A stretch of DNA of 64,000 nt from an uncultured Acidimicrobiaceae bacterium (GTDB lineage Bacteria > Actinomycetota > Acidimicrobiia > Acidimicrobiales > Palsa-688). The position numbers and the translations under genes were made by a program. Position 1 is the first letter of the stretch. Every line of letters starts with the position of its first letter. The DNA lies in assembly GCA_964481925.1 (NCBI GenBank), contig CAYZVQ010000002.1, positions 3,867-67,866 on the forward strand, given 5' to 3'. Positions 44,835 through 52,360 of the stretch are shown piece after piece. Below the pieces are notes generated by a model that was not told the DNA's origin, made no database searches, and saw nothing but the letters and a program-made list of their open reading frames with translations.

Positions 44835-45116
44835 ATGCTGGCCGCTCCGCCTCCGCCCGGGCCCACCACGAGGATGGCGGCCGGGCTTGATCATGCCGCG
44901 CTCGCCGTGGGCCTGGCCGCCGGTGCGCTCGCCCTGGGCGCCGCCGCCCTTTTGGCTTCGCCCCTCTTCGTCGTCGGGTCGCTTGGCGGGACGCTCGGTG
45001 GGACCGTCGATCCCGCCATCATCGGTGTGCTCACGCTGCCGGGCACGGGCTGGCAGCCGGGAACGCCCGCCGCTTGGTTCCTACTCACCCATTGGGACTG
45101 GAGACTTCTGTTATGA
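44835..45116 (+). CDS. small membrane protein, unknown function
   Basis: High GC3 in this frame. Hydrophobic AALAVGLAAGALALGAAALLASPLFVVGSLGG. Ends 16 nt before the AAA+ gene. Alternative start at 44874. Confidence 0.4.
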   Translation: MLAAPPPPGPTTRMAAGLDHAALAVGLAAGALALGAAALLASPLFVVGSLGGTLGGTVDPAIIGVLTLPGTGWQPGTPAAWFLLTHWDWRLLL

Positions 45117-45132
45117 AATGGAGGCAATAGCA

Positions 45133-46446
45133 ATGAGCCAACTGCTGCAAGCTTCGCCCGAACGCCTGGCCGCTCTGCGCGAACGCGCTGAACGGTCCTG
45201 CCTGGCCTTCTCCGACGAACGACTGCCACCGGGGGCGTCGCCGGGCGTGGGCCGGGTGGGTATCGAGATCGACCCGGTCAGCGGGCGGGCCCTGCTCCAC
45301 GTCGAGCGGGGTATCCATTACACCGGTCCCAGTCCCGACGTGGCGACCTGGTTTGCCAGTGGCACGCTGAGCTTCGCCACCTACGACGAGCTTCGCCGGT
45401 GGCTTTCCGGTCCCCTTGCCGTCGCCTACAACGGCCACGCCGTCTCTACCGGTGATAACGGCAGTGCCGGCGGTGCCGGGCCGGGCGGGGCCGTCGAGGC
45501 CATCGTCATTGAAGACGACCGCCTGGCGGCGGCCCTGGAGCTCGAGGTCATAGGCCAGCACGGCTCCGCCGTGGCCCTGGCCCGAGCCGCCGCCCTCCAC
45601 CTGGCTCGAGTGGCCCCCCGCCGCCCTCTCACGGTCCTCGCCCTAGGCCCGACCGGGGTGGGTAAGACCCTGATGGCCGAAACGCTTGCCGGTGCCATAG
45701 CTAAGACCGCCGGTACCGACTGCGACTACCTTCGCCTCGACATGGCCGAGTTCCAAGAGCGCCACACCGTTTCCAAGCTGCTCGGTGCCCCTCCCGGCTA
45801 CGTCGGCTTCGGTGAAGACCCGCAGATCCTTCGCGCCTTGCGCACGGGTGGACGGGCTGTAGTGCTCATCGACGAGATCGAAAAAGCACACCCCGACGTG
45901 TTCTTGGCACTCATGAACCTTATGGACGCTGGGCGCATCACGCCGGCGTCCGGCGAGGCCATCGATGCCCGTCACGCCATTCTGGTCTTCACCACCAACC
46001 TTGCCGTAGAGGTCATCCGGTCCGTCCTATCCCAAGCGAGCAACCTGGAGCCCGTTAGCCGGGACACCGCCGTGCGGGCCGCGCTGCGGTCCCATGGCAT
46101 CGCCCCTGAGCTCGTCGGCCGTCTCCACGAACTGCTGGTGTTCGACGACCTGGGCCAGGAACACCTGGACGCTCTCATCGCCCGTTCGGTCGAGCGAGAA
46201 GGTCGTACCTTCGGGCTCGAAGTGCTGAAGGTCGCCCCGGAGGTAATCGAGGCTCTTCGGTGCCATCGCTCCGACCCGGGCTCAGGTGCGCGAGCCTGGG
46301 AGCATCTCATCTGCGTCGATATTGGGCCCGCGTTCTTGGACGCACGTCGACGCGGTATCACCGGCATGGTGAGCATCAAGGGCGATCCCATCACAGTCGA
46401 GCCCGAGACGGTGATGACCGAGACGGCCAGGAGTGATGTGCAATGA
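45133..46446 (+). CDS. Clp/Hsp100 D2-type AAA+ ATPase with unrecognised N-terminal domain
   Basis: LALGPTGVGKTLMAETLA (Walker A), LRLDMAEFQERHTVSKLLGAPPGYVGF, VVLIDEIEKAHPDVFLALMNLMDAGRIT (Walker B / AAA_2 signature). The first roughly 190 aa have no match I recognise. Stop overlaps the next start (ATGA at 46443-46446). Confidence 0.8.
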   Translation: MSQLLQASPERLAALRERAERSCLAFSDERLPPGASPGVGRVGIEIDPVSGRALLHVERGIHYTGPSPDVATWFASGTLSFATYDELRRWLSGPLAVAYNGHAVSTGDNGSAGGAGPGGAVEAIVIEDDRLAAALELEVIGQHGSAVALARAAALHLARVAPRRPLTVLALGPTGVGKTLMAETLAGAIAKTAGTDCDYLRLDMAEFQERHTVSKLLGAPPGYVGFGEDPQILRALRTGGRAVVLIDEIEKAHPDVFLALMNLMDAGRITPASGEAIDARHAILVFTTNLAVEVIRSVLSQASNLEPVSRDTAVRAALRSHGIAPELVGRLHELLVFDDLGQEHLDALIARSVEREGRTFGLEVLKVAPEVIEALRCHRSDPGSGARAWEHLICVDIGPAFLDARRRGITGMVSIKGDPITVEPETVMTETARSDVQ

Positions 46447-49400
46447 GCTTGTCGATCCCCGATGACCACCATGCGCGCTCGCTGGAAGCCCTCCTCGGCG
46501 ACGGTCCTCAATCGTTGCACGCCGCGCTCGAGTGGGTGTTCCCCGTCCCGACCACCTCGCTCGGGACGGTCGACCTCGTCGACCTCGAGATAGCGGGGGA
46601 AAGCTACTGGCAGAGCCAAGCCGCCCAGCCTCGATGGGTGCGGCCCGTGCGCGTTGCCGTTGCCGGGCCCGACGAGGGAGACTTGTTCGAGCTGGATCTG
46701 CCGTGGCTGTGCGACGACCGTGCACTGCGGACGACCGCGGGGGACGACTCGATCCAAGTCGGTGCTCACAGGGGGTTATTCCTCGGCCGGCCGTTGCAGC
46801 CCCGGGCCCAGCTTGTGCCCAGACCGGGGCTACGAACCCGCCATTCCGCCACGCTGACGTTCCATGTCCTCGTACCCGACATCGGCCAGGATGTGGGTCT
46901 CGCCCGCAGCCCACGGGGCCTGGTGGTCCAGTTTGGCCGACGCCCGCCCCGGGTCTTGACTATGGCCGTGGTCGACCAGCTGCTGGCTGGGGCGCGCCCG
47001 AGCGAAGTCCCGGGCGACAGCGACCTTCCCACCCTGTCCCGGTTCCGGGCGCTCGCCACCGACGGCGGGTCGTGGGCCCGGCGGTTCAGCCCGACGACGC
47101 TCGAGCTCATCGACAGCGATTTGCGGCTGGCGGAGGCGAGCTGGTCAAGCCGTCTGCGGGCTGTGATCGAAGGTCTTGAAGGTCTAAATGTCGACGGCAG
47201 AGCGGACGTCCCGAGCTCTGGGCTGGTTGACGAGATCTCGGAAGCATCGCTCCAGTTCCGCCTCTACGGTGACATCCTGCGCCGGACCGTCGCCGAGGGA
47301 GTACTTAGGGGAGCTCGGCGGTTCCTCGATGTCGAGGCCGAACTGGTGGACGCCGCGGACCGGAAGCGGACGCGCCAGGAGGGTCACCCGGTCGAGTTGA
47401 TAGCCCGGTTCACGGCCAAGCTGAGGACCGAGGCGCAGGCGAAGGTCGACCATACGGTCCGAGCGTCCACCACTGGGGCGATCGTCGCTCCCGACGACGA
47501 CCGTTGTACCGTGGCCGCGATCGAGAGCCGGCGCATCGTGACCCGCTACGGTCCAGGTGGCGTCGGCCGTCCAGGACCGCACCGGCTGTGGCTCCGGGGG
47601 CTTCATCCCGGGCGACGCGGCCAGCTGTGCCCACTGCTCACGCCCGAGTCGGAGGACATCGGGTTCGTAAGGTCGCTCTGCCTGGGAGCCGACGCCGGAC
47701 CTGAAGCCATTGCCACCTCCGAGCGCGGCGGTGCGTTCGCCGATCTGAGCATTGCCGCCGGCCTGGTACCGTTCGTGAACCACGACGACCCCACCCGTGC
47801 CTCGATCGCCGCTCGCATGTTGCGCCAGGCCGTCCCGATCGTCGGCGCCCAGCGACCTCGCATCGAGACCCCTGTTGCCGACATCGTGGCCGAAGACCAC
47901 GGCGTGGTCCGCGCTCCCATCACGGGCACGGTGGCTGAGGTCGGCAAAGGTTGGCTCTCTATACGCCCCGATCGGGGCCACGTAGAGATCGTCGGCTTGG
48001 GGCCCGGCAAACCATCGCCGAGTACGGTCGTCAGTGACTGGCGGTTGATGGTCAGAAATGGCGATCGTGTCTACGAGGGAGACCCGGTCGCCCACGCTCC
48101 CGATGTGGTGGTCGAGGACGGCCGCCCGCACCTTGCCGCCGGCCGGGATTGTCTGGTTGCGTACACCCCGTGGCGCGGGTGGAACTACGAGGACGCCGTC
48201 GTGGTGTCCGAAGCGATGGCGGCCATGTTCAGTTCCCAGCACGTGGTCCGTTTCGTCGAGCCCCTCGACTTGATTGCCACGGAGACGCCGGTGCTCATGG
48301 CTGAGGTAGGTGACCTCGTCGCCTTAGGGGCCGACCTGGTCAGCGTGGTGTCCCGCCACCGGACGCGACGTGTGGTGCGGGCTAGCGCCGGGGGTGTCCT
48401 CAAACGCCTCGAGATCACCGGTGACCTGGTCACCGTGGAGCTGGAGGTGCCCCGCCCGCTCCAGCTGGGCGACAAGCTCACCAACCGGCATGGTGCCAAG
48501 GGCGTTGTGGCTGCTGTTCTTCCCGTTGACCAGATGCCGCGCCTCGCCGACGGCCGCCCGGTCGAGGTCCTGTTGAACCCGTTGGGGGTCATAAGGCGGC
48601 TCAACATAAGCCAACTGCTCGAGACCCATCTGACCCTGTTGCGTGACCGCCAGGGCCAAGAAGGTACGCAGGTCGTCGGGCGGCGCCTCCCGTCACTTCA
48701 GGAGCTGCGGCATGCGCTGGCGGAGGCGGAGGCACCTGGAGGGAGGCTCCCCCTGTTCGGTCCTGACGGCCGGAGCGTAGGCGACGAGGGGGGAGTCGTC
48801 GTCGGTTGGCAGCACATCCTCAAGCTCGACCACCTGGCGGCTCACAAGCTTCGGGCCCGGAACGCGGGCCGGTTCTCGCCTCGTACTCAGCAGCCCGCCA
48901 AGGGCGGAGGTTGGGTCGCCGGCCGCCTGGTCGGCGGAGCGCAACGGCTGGGCGAGATGGAGATGTGGGCCTTGCAGGCTCTCGGCGCCGACACCGTTGT
49001 CGCTGACGCGATGGAGCGCAGTGACCACGCCGTGCGGTCCCTGGCCGCCGTCAGGGCCCATCTGCTCGTGGCGGGCATTCAACTGGGAGCTGATGAGACC
49101 GGCAATATCATCGTCAGCCGCCACGGCGAGCCGACCGGTCTGGAGCCCATCCCGGCAGAGATAGTGCAAGCCATCACCAACCCCAAGGTGTACGCCGAGG
49201 CACTGTCACCACAACGCGACCCGTTGCACGACCATCACCACGGGGTCGAACCCGGAGAGCCCAGCTGCGCCTGCGGAGATACCGGCGGGCCCGGAGCGGT
49301 CTGTCCCCACTGTGGTAGCCGAACTGCTCGGGCCGCCGGGTACGAGCGGTCAACTCCTCGTTTCGCCATCGATCTGAGCGTCCCTGTCCCGCACCCCTGG

Positions 49401-51317
49401 TTCCCCGACGACGACCGGGCCACCCTGCGTACCGTCCCCTTGCTCCCACCGGCCTACCGGCCCTTCCACGACAACCGCCTTGACATTGCCTACCGTCGCC
49501 TCGTCATTATCAACGAGAAGCTCCGCGGGCGAGGTGCCGACGACCTCGGTGCCCGCCGCCAGCTTGGTGCCGCGGTGCAGCGAGTGCTCGGCCGTCTCGA
49601 CGACCCGCCCGAGCTCGAGACGATCTCGAGCCGGCTGAACGGCAAACGCGGCCTGTTGCGACGCAGCCTGCGGGGCCGGGACACCGACTTCGCGGCCCGG
49701 GGGGTCATGGTGCCCGATCCTGAGGCCGACCCCGAGACGATCGGTGTGCCCGAGGCCGTAATGGCCGTACTCGGGCTCCACCCGGGTACTGACGAGTGGG
49801 GCGACATCGTTATTGTCAACCGCCAACCCACATTGCTCCCCACCAATATCGTCGCCCTGCGGGCCCGGCCCGTGCCGGGGGTGGCGTTCCGGGTCCACCC
49901 GTTCCTCTGCGCTCGGTTCGCCGGAGACTTCGACGGAGACGAGCTGACCGTGCACCGTCCCCTGTCGTCGGCAGCGGCCGCGGAGGCGTGGGCACGGTTC
50001 CGTCCCGCGGCGTCCTACCGCCACCCGGCCAACGGCCGCCCCGTGGCCAAGGTCGACCTCGACGTCGCCCTTGGGCTGTGGTTGACAGGTAGCGACCCGG
50101 CTGGACGAGCCCGACTTGCCTGCCGGCTCGGGCTGGCGGCAGATGACCCCGTCAACTCCGGGACGGGCCCGGTGACCCCGGTCGAGCAGCTCGCGCTTCT
50201 GGCTCGCTGCGCCGAACAAGCCTCGGACGGGCGCATTGCGGTGGAGCGGTTCACGGCCCTTTTCGACGCCGGCGTGGTCGCGGCGACAGGGTGGTCGTTC
50301 TCCGCCGTCGAAGTCGAGCGCGTCCCGGGCTTGGGCCCTGCCGGCGACGCCGCGGTCACCAGCGCGGTCCCCGCCGGCTCGGCCCTGGGCCAAGCCATCG
50401 CCGCCGGGGTGGCCGGTAAGGCGAAAGGTATCGCCCAACTGGTGTGGCGCCGAGGCAGCCTCGACGGTTTCGATGGGCGGCCAACTCCTGAGGTGGAGGA
50501 GTGCTTCCTGACTGGTTTGGACGACGCCGGCTTCTTTCACACCGCGGCGGGCGGCCTGCGGGCGCTCTCCGACAAGAAACTAGTTACCGCCCTCGCCGGG
50601 GGTCTCACCAAAGCCCTGATCGAGGCCGCCTACGACCTCACGGTCGAGGACGAGGACTGCGGCTCTCGGCACCGGGGTTTCGGAGCGGTCCTGAGCTGCC
50701 GGCTGGTTGGCCCTGGCGTGTGCGCCCGGTGCGTCGCCGCGGCCGGCGGTGGCACTGTTGGCGTAGGCGACCGCGTTGGCCTTCAAGCCGGCTTTGCCAT
50801 CGGTGAGCGCTGCACTCAAAACGCCATGAAGGCATTCCAGGGCGGAACGACCCTGGCCGTGGGCGGGAACGTTACCCGTTTGGCTGCTCTCTTCGGCCAA
50901 GGCCCGATAACCACCGGACAACTTGGAGGCAAGCCCGATGGCGCCACCTTGTCGGGCCTACTGGACCTGGACAGGACCCCGCAGGGCCGTACCGCTATGT
51001 TCGAAAGGCTTCGCCACCAGGCCGATGAGGCACTCGAAACCCAAGTGGGCCCGCACCATTTGGAGCTGCTCTGGCGGCGCTTGGTGAGCGCCCATGATAC
51101 CCGGCGACCAGGTGAGCTCAGCCGACGGGGCAATGGCACCCTGCTGGCGAAGGCCCAGGTGGCCGGGACCGCCTTTGTCGACGCCACCAGCAGGGGGCGG
51201 CTCGACCTGCTCTTGGCCGACCAGCCGGATGTCGACGTCGACGCCGCCGGCCCTGAGACGAGCCTGCGCATGAGAGTCATCGGGCACCTCGGCGCCGTTG
51301 CGGGGGTGCGGATGTGA
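46443..51317 (+). CDS. single-chain fusion of RNA polymerase beta-like and beta-prime-like modules (1624 aa, miniaturised)
   Basis: Beta-like: RYGPGGV..LHPGRRGQLCPLLTPESEDIGFV (about 47560-47669), FVNHDDPTRASIAARMLRQAVP (about 47771-47837), VAYTPWRGWNYEDAVVVS, NRHGAKGVV (48483), LNPLGVIRRLNISQLLETHL, GGAQRLGEMEMWAL (48951-48974).
Beta-prime-like: Zn ribbon CACGD..CPHCG (49266-49316), VPHPWF, NRQPTLL, HPFLCARFAGDFDGDELTVHRPLS (DFDGD at 49926-49940), a bridge-helix-like segment, and trigger-loop-like GLQAGFAIGERCTQNAMKAFQGG. Confidence 0.85.
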   Translation: MSLSIPDDHHARSLEALLGDGPQSLHAALEWVFPVPTTSLGTVDLVDLEIAGESYWQSQAAQPRWVRPVRVAVAGPDEGDLFELDLPWLCDDRALRTTAGDDSIQVGAHRGLFLGRPLQPRAQLVPRPGLRTRHSATLTFHVLVPDIGQDVGLARSPRGLVVQFGRRPPRVLTMAVVDQLLAGARPSEVPGDSDLPTLSRFRALATDGGSWARRFSPTTLELIDSDLRLAEASWSSRLRAVIEGLEGLNVDGRADVPSSGLVDEISEASLQFRLYGDILRRTVAEGVLRGARRFLDVEAELVDAADRKRTRQEGHPVELIARFTAKLRTEAQAKVDHTVRASTTGAIVAPDDDRCTVAAIESRRIVTRYGPGGVGRPGPHRLWLRGLHPGRRGQLCPLLTPESEDIGFVRSLCLGADAGPEAIATSERGGAFADLSIAAGLVPFVNHDDPTRASIAARMLRQAVPIVGAQRPRIETPVADIVAEDHGVVRAPITGTVAEVGKGWLSIRPDRGHVEIVGLGPGKPSPSTVVSDWRLMVRNGDRVYEGDPVAHAPDVVVEDGRPHLAAGRDCLVAYTPWRGWNYEDAVVVSEAMAAMFSSQHVVRFVEPLDLIATETPVLMAEVGDLVALGADLVSVVSRHRTRRVVRASAGGVLKRLEITGDLVTVELEVPRPLQLGDKLTNRHGAKGVVAAVLPVDQMPRLADGRPVEVLLNPLGVIRRLNISQLLETHLTLLRDRQGQEGTQVVGRRLPSLQELRHALAEAEAPGGRLPLFGPDGRSVGDEGGVVVGWQHILKLDHLAAHKLRARNAGRFSPRTQQPAKGGGWVAGRLVGGAQRLGEMEMWALQALGADTVVADAMERSDHAVRSLAAVRAHLLVAGIQLGADETGNIIVSRHGEPTGLEPIPAEIVQAITNPKVYAEALSPQRDPLHDHHHGVEPGEPSCACGDTGGPGAVCPHCGSRTARAAGYERSTPRFAIDLSVPVPHPWFPDDDRATLRTVPLLPPAYRPFHDNRLDIAYRRLVIINEKLRGRGADDLGARRQLGAAVQRVLGRLDDPPELETISSRLNGKRGLLRRSLRGRDTDFAARGVMVPDPEADPETIGVPEAVMAVLGLHPGTDEWGDIVIVNRQPTLLPTNIVALRARPVPGVAFRVHPFLCARFAGDFDGDELTVHRPLSSAAAAEAWARFRPAASYRHPANGRPVAKVDLDVALGLWLTGSDPAGRARLACRLGLAADDPVNSGTGPVTPVEQLALLARCAEQASDGRIAVERFTALFDAGVVAATGWSFSAVEVERVPGLGPAGDAAVTSAVPAGSALGQAIAAGVAGKAKGIAQLVWRRGSLDGFDGRPTPEVEECFLTGLDDAGFFHTAAGGLRALSDKKLVTALAGGLTKALIEAAYDLTVEDEDCGSRHRGFGAVLSCRLVGPGVCARCVAAAGGGTVGVGDRVGLQAGFAIGERCTQNAMKAFQGGTTLAVGGNVTRLAALFGQGPITTGQLGGKPDGATLSGLLDLDRTPQGRTAMFERLRHQADEALETQVGPHHLELLWRRLVSAHDTRRPGELSRRGNGTLLAKAQVAGTAFVDATSRGRLDLLLADQPDVDVDAAGPETSLRMRVIGHLGAVAGVRM

Positions 51318-52360
51318 GCCCGGGCAGGCGAAATGTCCGGCCCGGGACCGGCACGGGCAACGCCATCGAGACGGTCAAAGCCGTCGGCCCTGAGACCCGG
51401 AAAGGGCCGAGCCGGACCGTCCGGCTGGCCCGAGCCCTGGCCAGCGGGCTCCTAAACCAAGATGATGGCCGGGACCGCGAAGACGACGACTACGAACCGG
51501 ACCCCTGGGACGAGCTCCCTGAGGAACTCGACCCGGACGACACCGATGCGTTGACAGATGACGATTATGTCGACAATGTTGACGACAAACCTCTGGTCCC
51601 GCGTTCGGCGCGTTCAAGGCCGATTATCACGTTCTCCAAGTCCTCGGGCTGGCACCAACGTCCCGACCCGCTGACGGCGCACGCCGTCCGGCGCCCGACC
51701 AGGTCGGCGCCCATGGCTCGCGGCATGCAGGTCCGCACTGTCAGCTCGCCCGGTGGTGGCCCCGATGGCGACGAGGTGGCGGCGAGCGAGGCGGAAGCCG
51801 AACTGGCGGCGATCGCCCAGGCTCTGGCTGATCGCCAGCCGTCGGCAATCTTGGCGTCCAGCCGGCTCGATGCGTACGACGAGCTCCAGCCGATGACTGA
51901 GCGGGCCCTGGCCGAGGCCGCCGGTTGCGACGTAGCCGCCCTCAGCCGCCGTCGACGGTCCCTGGTCGCCTGCCCCTGGGGCGTAGTGCCCCTTGAATAC
52001 TTCTGGTGGAAACGCCACGACGGGCTCCGGGTCGCCGAGGCCCGCCGGCTCGTCTCGCTCCTGCAGGACCAGCCCCGGACCGCCGACCTCGCCGCCGCGG
52101 CCCAGGTGGTAGCCGCCGACCGCCTCGCTGACCCGGAGGAGAGGCGGCGGCGCACAGATACGATACGCAAGCAAGTGCCCGTCGTTCGCGCCATCCTGCC
52201 GCACCTCGACCTGCTCAACGGCTGGTCGGCGGCGTTCCCGTTCATCGACGAGGAGGAGCTCGAGGAACAACTTGGCCTTACGCCTAGCGTGCGTGGCAAA
52301 GGACTGGTCCGCCTAGCCCTCATAGGGTGCTTCGCGGGAAGGAGCGGCTTGTGCTCGTAG
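51314..52360 (+). CDS. sigma54-like (RpoN-like) protein, short form
   Basis: PMTERALAEAAGCDVAALSRRRRSLVACPWGVVPLEYFWWK (51893-52012) parallels RpoN PM.L.DIA.....HESTISR...KY...P.G.FELKYFF. RRRRTDTIRKQVPVV (about 52142-52186) parallels the RpoN box ARRTVAKYRE. Has an acidic tract like region II. 348 aa vs about 480 for canonical RpoN. ATGA-type overlap with the polymerase gene. Confidence 0.55.
   Translation: MSPGRRNVRPGTGTGNAIETVKAVGPETRKGPSRTVRLARALASGLLNQDDGRDREDDDYEPDPWDELPEELDPDDTDALTDDDYVDNVDDKPLVPRSARSRPIITFSKSSGWHQRPDPLTAHAVRRPTRSAPMARGMQVRTVSSPGGGPDGDEVAASEAEAELAAIAQALADRQPSAILASSRLDAYDELQPMTERALAEAAGCDVAALSRRRRSLVACPWGVVPLEYFWWKRHDGLRVAEARRLVSLLQDQPRTADLAAAAQVVAADRLADPEERRRRTDTIRKQVPVVRAILPHLDLLNGWSAAFPFIDEEELEEQLGLTPSVRGKGLVRLALIGCFAGRSGLCS

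Noticed and set aside
46443-51317. Housekeeping rpoB-rpoC fusion
   Set aside because: At 1624 aa it is far too short for a functional housekeeping beta + beta-prime. There is no ribosomal-protein/rplL-rpoBC context, and it is embedded in an operon with E1/JAB, Clp-like, sigma54-like and bEBP-like genes.
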